Shown here: positions 12,893-22,123 of the stretch, one piece after another
How positions within the stretch are numbered: position 1 is the first letter of the stretch
How the letters are laid out: each line of letters starts with the position of its first letter
Source of the DNA: Bugula neritina
Taxonomy: Eukaryota > Animalia > Bryozoa
Direction: 5' to 3'
Assembly (NCBI GenBank): GCA_964035545.1
Contig: OZ037768.1
Coordinates: forward strand, 5,922,741-5,986,740
Length of the DNA: 64,000 nt
The notes under the pieces: generated by a model
What the model saw: the letters and a program-made list of their open reading frames with translations, nothing else
Database searches by the model: none
Told to the model about the DNA's origin: nothing
Made by a program: the position numbers and the translations under genes

Positions 12893-15800
12893 TTATGAGG
12901 TGCTGAAACGGATCATGGTACAGAAAAGGCACATTTCAGTAGATAGTTTGCTAAGATATTCAGATAATTCACGCCGTGTAGCAAGTCACAGAGATGTGTT
13001 GGCTGCTATCAAAAACTCAGGAGACAGAAGCCTCCTTAAACAATGGAAACAACCAGTTTTTCCACGGCAAGTTGCGTGATAAGACTTTTGTACTAAATAT
13101 TTATATACTGATTGAATAAATCAAACTTGTATTAAATTTGTATTTTCCTAAAATCATTATAATATAATTATTTAATGTGATGTATCAGAAATTGTTCAAA
13201 TTACAATTTACTATTTCTTATTTTTTTCTCTAACTATGGATGTGAATCTGAAATCACGTTGTGTTCTTGCAGATACCATCACATAGTGGACACTCATCCC
13301 ATATTCAACAGCATGGAGCAGACAGTTATTACAAGATTAGAGTCACTGTCAACTAGTGAAACACTAATTCCACTGAGCCACTCAATTAAAACAGGAAAAA
13401 ATAAGCATAATAATCAATATTGTTATAGTTTTCCGATTTAGGGTTGATGTGCCACCAAGAGAGTCTATTTAACACTAGAGAAACTTCACCAGTTAAGTCG
13501 AGTAGATATCGTTATATTTAATACAAGAATACATAATAAAAATCCAACGTACAACAGTAATGATACGCACGTCTATTTAGTTTACAGCACTATCCTCAAC
13601 TGAGCTAGTAGCGCGAAGCGGCTACTATTACTTATAAAACAGCCTAGCTAATTGGCTAATACATTGTTCCGGGTCAATACGCAACCTTGCGTATTGTGTT
13701 GCTGGTAGCTCCACGAGCCACCACACTGCCCCCTCCAGCAGAAAGCCCACTTTCTGATAAAATAAAATTCACATAAAAAACGTATACTTCGTTGTGGGGG
13801 GGTAAGAGAACAGTATAAAAGTATATACAAAAAAACAACAACTGATAAAAAATATACAGGTATATATAACGTGCACACTAAGTAATAAACAAGAGAAGGT
13901 CCTATCTACATGTAGAGTACGTGCCACCATTACGGTAGGGAATGCCACAGAGAGGTAGGTGAATGGGTAGTAGGGAGTGGTAGGTAGACTCGAGTTAACT
14001 GCGGGCCGCACGCTTTATGCGTTTAATAGACTCCTGTAAGTATTTGAGTTCACTGGAGGCTGCCTGTATCCGTGGGGCCAGCCTGTACACTTCTTGCTCC
14101 AAGTCATGCGCCCTAGCTTCTACCTCACGTAGGTTACGGGCCCAGGGGGACGAGCGAGAGGAAGTTGGTTGCCTGTGTCGTTTCCGCTCTGAGGATGGAA
14201 GAGGAGGAGGTAGTGTATATGCATTTGTGTCTACTCTCTGTAGTACGACACGAGGAAAGGTATGCGGCATGCGTATAGGACTGTGAGGTGGAGAGTTAGC
14301 AGACTGTGTAGGTTTATCTGTGGCTCCAGAGATGATAGGTCGCGGGGAAGGGAAGCCTTGCTCCAGGCGAGATAGCCGAGCTGAGTCAGTGATGAGTGGT
14401 TTGATGGCGTTGAGAAAGGCAGGATATGATGATTCGTCTACTTCATAGACATGTCCTTGATAGCACTGCATAGTACGTTGGTGCCGCAGTAGGTAATCAC
14501 GGTTATAGCTATATTCTCCGCAAGGGCAGAAAGTGGTGATGTAGTGCTGCGGCAAGTGCACCTTTAGTCTGCGGTGGGTTGTGAATCGCTGCTGGCAGAG
14601 GTTGCATTCACGATTACTCTCACCTCCTTGATGGGTCCTGATTTCCCTCTCTGTGGCAGGGGTAATCCAGTTGGAGGTTGCTTCCAACTGGGGTGGTAGT
14701 TGCCTGGTGGTAGGAGTTGTTGGGGCCGGCTCTGGGTCCCATGCCATCTCTAGAGAAGGCATGTCCGTAGAGACGGGTGCGAGTGTGTCTACAAAAGTAG
14801 AATTATTGTTAGATCGCGGTGGATCTTTACAACATAATTCTAGTGACTGTCGACCGTTGCTAGCCTGAGAGTCACTGCTTTTGGAATGCACTCGAGGAAC
14901 TGATGAATCATGTGTGGACTGACCAAGAACAGTGTCTAGCTCCAGGTCTAACAGACCGTCGGCCATTACAGTGTCTTCATCGTCATTCACATGAAACGTG
15001 GTTCCCAGTAATTCTGATTCAATCTGCTGAATTAGCTCAGAATTTACTGGCATCGAGCCCGTTTCCATGAATAGGAATACAAGACTTATACTGGCTTACC
15101 TGGGAACTCGGTATTAATGTCCATACTCAACGTTCTTGGTAAGGTTGGAGCTGGTTGTGGGATACGTCTGCCTTTGGCGATGTCAGCATAAGAAAAGGCT
15201 GAGCATCGTTTCTGAGGCACGAGGTCGGAACTATTTGCTTTACGCGCATTAATTCCTCCCACTATTCCGCCCTCGCAAAAGTTGATATTTGCGTGGGGTT
15301 CACAACTCCAACATTTTATCGTACGGTTTTCCCCTAGACTTTCATGTGCGCCGCTTCTAATGCAGTCACATATGAAGTCTTTCAAATACGGTGGGGGCTT
15401 CCTCGTACGCTGTCCCCTTTCTAGGGGGGGTGACACGCTTGCCGGTTCGTTAGTAGGGGCCTCTAATGGCGTCTCTACTTCACCGTTAGTGGTCACCTCT
15501 TCTTGTTCTCCGGATGGAGCCCCTCCCTCCGTGGGGGTTTGCACTTCCGGAACCGGCTCGGTTTCTGGAAGTGATGGAATTAGACTTGGCGGTGGCGGGC
15601 ATGCTTCTGTTGACAAAAGCTGCCGCTCCTCTCTCACCAAGTTTTCCTCCCGCGGTATGACCACTTCGTATTCAGGTCCATGCCGCCGTCGCCCGCGCGT
15701 CGTTGTCTGCCTCCTGGGCTCTAACAACGGGGGGGCTTCTCCCACTCCGTCAGGGCTAGCCCAATACGGTTTCAAGCAAGACTCATTCTGGATAGACACC

Positions 15801-18800
15801 TGTCCTGAGCGCTCAATCTTGTACGTATGATTGGGCATAGCCTCGACGACCACGTAGGGGCCTACGAACTTAGGCTTCAGCTTATCAGCCTGTCCGCGGC
15901 GCCTACGGTAATTGACCATCCACACCTTATCTCCTCTTTGATAGAGGGGTGGTTCATCGGAATCTTCGTGCCGCACCTTCCACTGCTGTTGACGCAGTAT
16001 CTCGTGTGCGGCCTTCATCCGTTCCACTAGTTCGCTGGCATACTCATGGACTGAGTTATCCTGCTCTGGAACGTGATAGGTGAGATGGTCAGGGACACGA
16101 GTCTCTCTCCCGAGCATCAAGAGGTTTGGGGTCTCACCAGTACTGGTGTGTGGGGTGCTACGGTATGCACGCATGACTTGCGGCAACACCGTATCCCATT
16201 CCTCTTGACCTCGTCCAAGGAGGAGACTCCGGAGCGCATCACCTAGCATCCGGTTGTTGCGCTCCACCACCCCGTTACCTTGAGGGTGGTAGGGGGTGGT
16301 CCTGCTCTGATTTACTCCCCAGAGGTGGCAAAGGTCGCTCATCAGTTGAGACTGGAATTGAGCGCCTTGATCAGAGTGTATCTGTTCGGGAAGCCCAAAA
16401 TAACAGAATACATGTTGGTCTAGTGCCCTGGCCACTGTTGGGGCTGATGCATCTGGGATAGCCAGAGCATCCGCCCACCTAGTAAAGTGGTCGGTTAGTA
16501 CTAGGATCCAATTATTGCCTCTGGGGGTCAGGGGCATGGGTCCGACCAGGTCTACAGCGACCACTTGCCAGGGCCTACCAGCATATAGCCTCCGCCGTCC
16601 TGCTTCACCAGGGGGGCGGCTATGCTTACTGGCCTGGCAGATCTCACACTGTTTGACTCTGAGCCGGACGTCACGCTCCATCTGCGGCCAATACCACCGG
16701 AGTCGTAATTTGGATATCACTCGCTTGACCCCTGCGTGGGCCTGCTTGTGAGTATCCCAAATCAACTCACGGCGGATGGCTGCGGGGCAGACTACCCTCT
16801 TCCTTTCCGGGTGTCTGCCGCTGGCAGCTAGAGAGATGGTTAGCAACCCATCCTGCCCGATCCGCAGCGAGTCCCAACGCTGACAGTATAGCCGGAACTC
16901 GGCGCATCCCTGTCGTATGCGTTCCTCGCTGGGTCGTCGCCCTTCCCTTTTGGCCCGGTAGATGTCTGCCACGACTCCCGGCAGCTCTTCTTGGAGCTTC
17001 TTCAGCTCTCGAACATTACCGGCCAGTACAGGGTTGGCGCGGAGGTTTTGTACATCCTCCGGGGACTCATCAACTCTTTGCCTGAGTTGACCTTGATCCC
17101 AGTCAAACGGTGCTCCGTGATGAGCCAGCGTCTCCAACTCGCATCGTGGGGGACCTCCATCCCTCTTCTCGATGTTGAGACACTGTTTGCAACCTCCGTC
17201 AGGTCGGCGACTCAACCCATCTGCATTGCTGTGTCTCTTGCCCGGTCGGTGTTCGATCCGGTATGAGAATTCAGCTAGGATTTCGAGCCACCGGGCGACC
17301 TGACTGGAGGGCTCTGCTCTCCTGCACAACCAGATCAGCGAGGCATGATCCGTACGCAGCCGGAACTTCCTGCCATATAGGTATGGTCTGAAGTGCTTCA
17401 CTGACTTGATTACTGCCAGCAGCTCCTTGCGGGTAGTGCAGTAATTTCGTTCAGCGGGAGAGAGAGACTTGCTGTAGTAGGCTACTACTACTTCTCGGCC
17501 TTCCTGCACTTGCGACAGCACAGCGCCAACATTCTGGTCACTGGCGTCTGTGTCTAGGATGTACTCCAGAGTGGGGTCTGGGTAGGCCAAGATGGGCGCC
17601 GTTAGGAGGCAGCCCTTGAGGCGGTCGAACGCTTCTTGTTCGACTGGAGTCCACTGCCACGTCACTCCCTTTGCGGTAAGCCGGTTTAACGGCTGGGCTA
17701 TGCCCGCAAAGTCTGGTATGTATTGCCTGTAATACCCTACCAGCCCCAAGAAAGCCCGGAGTCCGGTCAAGTCTTGGGGGGTGACCCAGTCTTCTACTGC
17801 CCGTACCTTTTCGGGATCCGTTGCCACGCCGTTTCGACCGACAACGTGCCCCAGGTACTTGACCTTCGGCTGCAATAGAGCGCACTTGGAAGGTTTGAGC
17901 TTAAGACCGGCACCTCGGAGTCTCTCGAAAACCTCCTGCAGACGACTGACATGTGTCTCGAAGTCTGGAGAGATTACGATGACATCATCGAGGTAGACCA
18001 GCAGTGTCTTCCAATGGAGTCCGCTAAGGACTTGTTCCATCAGCCTCTGGAAGGTGGCTGGGGCGGAGGTTAACCCGAAGGGCAACACCTTCCACTTCCA
18101 CAAACCGTCCCGTGTGATAAACGCCGCTTTCTCCTGGGCGTCGGGACTCAGAGGAACCTGCCAATAGCCGCTTAGCAAGTCTAACGTACTGAAGTACTTG
18201 CTGCCGGCTAGGGCGTCCAATGACTCGTCAATACGAGGTAGAGGGTAGGCGTCCTGTATGGTTACGCTATTGAGTTTGCGGTAGTCCACACAGAACCGCC
18301 AACTGCCGTCTTTCTTCCGGACCAGTACGACTGGCGAGCTCCACGCACTATGGGCGGGCTCTATCAGTCCCCGGTCCAGAAGATCCCGTACTTGTCGGCT
18401 AACCTCCTTCTCTTTCTCCGGCCCCAGCCTGCGCGTGGGCTGCCGGACAGGGGCTGTCCCTGCAGTCAGCGGTATTTCGTGTCTGACAATTCCAGTCAGT
18501 CCCACGTCATTCTCCCCGCTGCTGAACACATCACCGTAGTCGCGTAGTAACTTGGCCATAGCTTGGCGTTCCCTGTTACTCGCGCAGCCGCCACTGGCTG
18601 TTTCGTATAACTCCCGGAGATGTGTCGGAACTGCCCCTCGTCCCTGAATAGGGTGTCGAGGGGGTGCCTCCGTCGCGTCACCCAGCGACGGGCCCACGTC
18701 CTCTTCCTGGACGGAATGGAACCGGCCCAGCATTGACCCAGCTGGGAGCTCAATGGGCTCGGTAAAGGGGTTGACGCACTGCACTAAGACCTCCCCTCGC

Positions 18801-21800
18801 TCAGTTAGTCGGTTTAAACTACTGGCGAGTTGGATCTTTTCGTGCGCGCTTTCAACGACCCCGAGCCTGGCTATCCGGTTGCTGTTCACTCGGCAGTGGA
18901 TAGTAGCTCTGGAGCGTCCGGGTACGGTGCAGTTCCGAACTACCTGAACACCGCCCACCAGAGGACGCCCAAACTTATCCACACAGGCGAGTTCTCGCCC
19001 GCCCATCAGCACCACCGACTTACTAAAATCTATTCGGCACTGGTGTTGCTTCAAGAAGGGCATGCCGAGGATAGCATCTTCCTCCAGTTGACCTATGATA
19101 AAGGTCTCCTGTACAGCCTGATCTCGGACACGCCCAGGGAGCTCGATAATACCATAAAAGGGGATACATGACCCGTCTGCCAGGGTGCCATGTTCTCCAG
19201 TATACGGTCGTACTCTATCCTTGTCCCGGCGGGGCAGTGCCTCAAAGACTCTACGGCTGAGAAGGTTGGTAGTACAACCGGAGTCGAGCAGGAAAGTGAC
19301 GGCGTTGCCGGCCACCTTTCCGGGTAGGAAATAGCTCTCTCCATGTGGTTGTACTTTCACCCCCCCCCGCATGTGCTGTCCTGGTTTGACAGGACGGCGG
19401 GGGTTTCACCCGTGGTTTACGGGGCTTCCGGCGGCGAGGTTGGTGCCGGCGGGGTTTGGGCCTCTCCACTGGGCCTTCTGGCTCCATTTCAGTGGCGGGC
19501 TCCTCCTCCCGAGGTAACCGGTGAAACCGGTTAGCGAGTGGCAGGGAAAAGGTACTGGGCCGTTGTGCGGGCCTACTAGTCCTGCGTGGTACCTGCCACT
19601 CGGGTAGAATGTTCCGCCGTGTCCGTACGGACAGACGGCGGCGTGTTCCACCATACTCCTTTAGTTGCGGCCCGCGGGGAGGGAGAGTGTCCGCGGGCCG
19701 TGACAGTTTAACGCCCCCTCGTATTGGGGTCGTCCTTTCTGTCCCTGGTCCTGATCAGCGCTACTCCAGCCTTGCCCCACAGGTGTTGGGGGCATCCGCA
19801 AGGCCTGACCGGGGCCAGCACCGGCCAGAATGGTTACCAATTGTCCCAGCATCTCTACCATACGGTCCACTTCGGCTTCCAGCGGGAGGGCTTCGGAGCC
19901 TGTCGTAGCCCGAGCAGCGCTGACTCCAACTACTGGTGGGTTCCGCTGTGCTCGATGCATTTGGGTAGCCAACAGGTAAGCTTCTCCAGCCTTCAGGGCA
20001 TCCTCTATTCTAGTTATCCCTTTAGCTCGTAGGTGGTGGTCTAGGCCCAGGTCGTTTAGGGACTGGACAAAGGCGTCATAGGTGTAACGCTCTTGGTGTT
20101 GTGCTGGCAGATCGCTATATGCAATCTGCGCCAGCTTCTTCACCGTCGCGGCATGTTCTTGCAGCGAGGTCCGCGGGGTGCGGCACAATCTCTCCAGCTT
20201 GGTCCTAGCGTCTATGACGGAGGTGCCAAAACGGGCCCGCAGCGCAGCCAGTATGCCGTCTACGTCCGTTCCCACTCCGTACGGCTTGGCTTGCTCCGTC
20301 ACCGCCCTCCGCAATTTGATAAGGGCCACTCTATGCGGCCATTGAGCAACTTCCATTACCTCTCTAAATTCTTGTATAAATTGTTCGACATCTTCCGACC
20401 CAGTAAAGGTGGGAGCTTTCAAGCAATGTCTATAAGCTTCTTCTCCTTCACGATTCACAGGATTAACAGCATTTCTACGCTCACCTTCTACTGGGGGTGG
20501 TTGCATTCTAGCATTTTCAGTCTCCATCTTTGATATACACTATCCCACTGCTGCCACCACTGTTATAGTTTTCCGATTTAGGGTTGATGTGCCACCAAGA
20601 GAGTCTATTTAACACTAGAGAAACTTCACCAGTTAAGTCGAGTAGATATCGTTATATTTAATACAAGAATACATAATAAAAATCCAATGTACAACAGTAA
20701 TGATACGCACGTCTATTTAGTTTACAGCACTATCCTCAACTGAGCTAGTAGCGCGAAGCGGCTACTATTACTTATAAAACAGCCTAGCTAATTGGCTAAT
20801 ACATTGTTCCGGGTCAATACGCAACCTTGCGTATTGTGTTGCTGGTAGCTCCACGAGCCACCACAATATGACAAATACAAGACTAATTTAAATGTTCAAT
20901 GTCCTAATGCAAACCATTCTACCGAGAGTAATGAGTTTTGTACTGAGAGCACAATTAGAGACACTAATAACAAATCATTGAACAGTCATTATAAATGCAT
21001 TTCAGGAAATATCATTAGCCATGGTCAAAAGCAAAGTAATACGGCTAATAACAATAGTGAAAAAACCTTTACAGACAGGCCACATCAATCGATATCAGCT
21101 CTAAGTGTTTCGAATCCGTACAACCATTTCATAGGCTCCTCTTATTCTAAAATGGCTTACCTCAGAAGTTCTTCTAACCAAATATTAAACTGTAGGACTA
21201 TTGACGATGGCTATCTACAAGGCTTGTACCAACCACTCACCAGATGCAATCAGAAAAGTGAAGACTGTGAATCGTCTGCCAATAGTTCAAAAGAAAGACC
21301 GCTGGAGATTATTAAAAAGAGAGCTAAAAATACAGGAATCTTTGGTTACGAGGGAACTCATAGTCTTGTAAAGGGATTCGACACATTAGACACTTTCAAC
21401 ACCCATTTAAACCCTTCTCAATCAAGACCAAAATCTTTAAGGGGAAGAAACTTTTATAAATGTGAAATATCGCCAAAAGTTAATTTGCAGGTAAATATTT
21501 AATTATAATAACTTAGTTTAACTTCATAAATAAATATATAATAGATAAAAAAACATAGCCCATGACATAAACTATGAATATGGCGCTTGATTATTATTAA
21601 TTATTCTTTTTTTGTACAAAAATAATGGAGTGCAAGAACTTTTAAAAAGACCTAAATATATAACATAATAATGTTATTGTCTTTTGCTATAGTACCTTTC
21701 ACTTTTATGTATTGAATTTATAAAGGTTTCGAACGAATCTAAAAGTTTTCGTAAGAGAAATGCGGTGCTTCGAAGAAAAATGGAGAACTTTCACCTTCAC

Positions 21801-21947
21801 TTACACGAGGAGGAAGTGATGTCATGTATTAGTGGTAGTGACTCACTCAGCTTAACCGATGACTCATCAGACTGCGCCTCTATCTCACAGGGCAATAGAT
21901 CAGGCAATGTACGGTGTGTTGAGGAAGTTAATGAGGACAGACTCTAG
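12893..21947 (+). CDS. Unrecognised spliced host gene disrupted by the Gypsy insertion (exons approx. 12893-13066, 13273-13420 + 20870-21490, 21726-21947; 5' end unresolved)
   Basis: Removing the element and one TSD copy rejoins ..KNKHNNQY|DKYKTNLNVQCPN..KSLNSHYKCISGN.. into one stop-free exon of about 770 nt, bounded by AG (13272) and GT (21491). Flanking exons are phase-compatible. Confidence 0.65.
13421..13725 (-). repeat. 3' LTR
   Basis: Identical to 20561-20865 except one C/T difference (13548 vs 20688). Confidence 0.97.
13726..13736 (-). promoter_or_regulatory. Polypurine tract (GGAGGGGGCAG)
   Basis: Purine-rich run directly abutting the 3' LTR on the element strand. Confidence 0.85.
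13995..15068 (-). CDS. Retrotransposon ORF3: zinc-finger / coiled-coil protein (357 aa)
   Basis: Starts 17 nt after the pol stop. Contains CNLC-x12-H-x3-H, then CPC-x12-H-x5-C; an acidic N-terminus; RKRHR; a C-terminal heptad helix. No signal peptide or TM segment visible. Confidence 0.85.
   Translation of the reverse strand: METGSMPVNSELIQQIESELLGTTFHVNDDEDTVMADGLLDLELDTVLGQSTHDSSVPRVHSKSSDSQASNGRQSLELCCKDPPRSNNNSTFVDTLAPVSTDMPSLEMAWDPEPAPTTPTTRQLPPQLEATSNWITPATEREIRTHQGGESNRECNLCQQRFTTHRRLKVHLPQHYITTFCPCGEYSYNRDYLLRHQRTMQCYQGHVYEVDESSYPAFLNAIKPLITDSARLSRLEQGFPSPRPIISGATDKPTQSANSPPHSPIRMPHTFPRVVLQRVDTNAYTLPPPLPSSERKRHRQPTSSRSSPWARNLREVEARAHDLEQEVYRLAPRIQAASSELKYLQESIKRIKRAARS
15086..19372 (-). 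CDS. pol: Pol polyprotein (protease, RT, RNase H, integrase)
   Basis: LLDSGC (protease); RFCVDYRKLN, LPFGL and YLDD (RT); DTDASD..ELLA..TDH..NADGLSR (RNase H); H-H-C-C, D,D(35)E core (VDL, HSDQG, VERNNR) and GPY module (integrase). Confidence 0.96.
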   Translation of the reverse strand: MRGGVKVQPHGESYFLPGKVAGNAVTFLLDSGCTTNLLSRRVFEALPRRDKDRVRPYTGEHGTLADGSCIPFYGIIELPGRVRDQAVQETFIIGQLEEDAILGMPFLKQHQCRIDFSKSVVLMGGRELACVDKFGRPLVGGVQVVRNCTVPGRSRATIHCRVNSNRIARLGVVESAHEKIQLASSLNRLTERGEVLVQCVNPFTEPIELPAGSMLGRFHSVQEEDVGPSLGDATEAPPRHPIQGRGAVPTHLRELYETASGGCASNRERQAMAKLLRDYGDVFSSGENDVGLTGIVRHEIPLTAGTAPVRQPTRRLGPEKEKEVSRQVRDLLDRGLIEPAHSAWSSPVVLVRKKDGSWRFCVDYRKLNSVTIQDAYPLPRIDESLDALAGSKYFSTLDLLSGYWQVPLSPDAQEKAAFITRDGLWKWKVLPFGLTSAPATFQRLMEQVLSGLHWKTLLVYLDDVIVISPDFETHVSRLQEVFERLRGAGLKLKPSKCALLQPKVKYLGHVVGRNGVATDPEKVRAVEDWVTPQDLTGLRAFLGLVGYYRQYIPDFAGIAQPLNRLTAKGVTWQWTPVEQEAFDRLKGCLLTAPILAYPDPTLEYILDTDASDQNVGAVLSQVQEGREVVVAYYSKSLSPAERNYCTTRKELLAVIKSVKHFRPYLYGRKFRLRTDHASLIWLCRRAEPSSQVARWLEILAEFSYRIEHRPGKRHSNADGLSRRPDGGCKQCLNIEKRDGGPPRCELETLAHHGAPFDWDQGQLRQRVDESPEDVQNLRANPVLAGNVRELKKLQEELPGVVADIYRAKREGRRPSEERIRQGCAEFRLYCQRWDSLRIGQDGLLTISLAASGRHPERKRVVCPAAIRRELIWDTHKQAHAGVKRVISKLRLRWYWPQMERDVRLRVKQCEICQASKHSRPPGEAGRRRLYAGRPWQVVAVDLVGPMPLTPRGNNWILVLTDHFTRWADALAIPDASAPTVARALDQHVFCYFGLPEQIHSDQGAQFQSQLMSDLCHLWGVNQSRTTPYHPQGNGVVERNNRMLGDALRSLLLGRGQEEWDTVLPQVMRAYRSTPHTSTGETPNLLMLGRETRVPDHLTYHVPEQDNSVHEYASELVERMKAAHEILRQQQWKVRHEDSDEPPLYQRGDKVWMVNYRRRRGQADKLKPKFVGPYVVVEAMPNHTYKIERSGQVSIQNESCLKPYWASPDGVGEAPPLLEPRRQTTTRGRRRHGPEYEVVIPREENLVREERQLLSTEACPPPPSLIPSLPETEPVPEVQTPTEGGAPSGEQEEVTTNGEVETPLEAPTNEPASVSPPLERGQRTRKPPPYLKDFICDCIRSGAHESLGENRTIKCWSCEPHANINFCEGGIVGGINARKANSSDLVPQKRCSAFSYADIAKGRRIPQPAPTLPRTLSMDINTEFPGKPV
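19661..20527 (-). CDS. gag: Gag-like protein (288 aa)
   Basis: First ORF after the PBS; KAPTFTGSEDVEQFIQEF..W..L..ALRARFG capsid-like pattern of Gypsy Gag. Confidence 0.85.
   Translation of the reverse strand: METENARMQPPPVEGERRNAVNPVNREGEEAYRHCLKAPTFTGSEDVEQFIQEFREVMEVAQWPHRVALIKLRRAVTEQAKPYGVGTDVDGILAALRARFGTSVIDARTKLERLCRTPRTSLQEHAATVKKLAQIAYSDLPAQHQERYTYDAFVQSLNDLGLDHHLRAKGITRIEDALKAGEAYLLATQMHRAQRNPPVVGVSAARATTGSEALPLEAEVDRMVEMLGQLVTILAGAGPGQALRMPPTPVGQGWSSADQDQGQKGRPQYEGALNCHGPRTLSLPAGRN
19668..19712 (-). promoter_or_regulatory. Putative -1 programmed ribosomal frameshift signal
   Basis: G_TTA_AAC in the gag frame (19712-19706), a 5-nt spacer, then a perfect 10-bp stem CGGCCCGCGG/CCGCGGGCCG with a 13-nt loop. 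The -1 frame is open downstream. Confidence 0.75.
20542..20559 (-). promoter_or_regulatory. Primer-binding site, tRNA-Leu type
   Basis: TGGTGGCAGCAGTGGGAT, 1 nt after the 5' LTR, complementary to a eukaryotic tRNA-Leu-like 3' end (ATCCCACYGCTGCCACCA). Confidence 0.85.
20561..20865 (-). repeat. 5' LTR
   Basis: TG..CA ends; CCAAT and TATAA-like motifs on the element strand. Confidence 0.97.
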
Positions 21948-21961
21948 GTAACCTTCCAAGG

Positions 21962-22123
21962 TAGATGCAGTAATGGAGAAATTGAGAAAAGCCTGTGTTC
22001 TAGATTGAAAATGTATCAAAAAAAGTTATGCTCTTGCAAAAATTTCTTCCCGCGCTCCAAACCAAAATTTAATAATAAGATTAAAGATCTTAGGCTATTT
22101 CAATTTCTCTACTACTGATCCTA
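21962..22123. mobile_element. MITE family B copy
   Basis: Terminal inverted repeats TAGATGCAGTAATGGAGAAATTGA / TCAATTTCTCTACTACTGATCCTA; aligns with the reverse complement of 42776-42910. Confidence 0.75.

Larger units (their letters stand above)
13421..20865 (-). mobile_element. Full-length Ty3/Gypsy LTR retrotransposon (7445 bp) with gag, pol and an extra ORF3
   Basis: Two 305-bp TG..CA LTRs; ATAT TSD (13417-13420 / 20866-20869); PBS and PPT present; pol domain order PR-RT-RH-IN. Confidence 0.97.

Noticed and set aside
13995-15068. ORF3 as an env gene
   Set aside because: No signal peptide, fusion peptide or transmembrane anchor is visible.
14017-20533. Multiple + strand ORFs inside the retrotransposon
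   Set aside because: These are antisense shadows of GC-rich coding sequence with no recognisable motifs.
21945-22118. Premature stop or readthrough in the orphan gene (56 open codons after TAG)
   Set aside because: The downstream sequence is a MITE homologous to 42776-42910, so the open frame is probably fortuitous.
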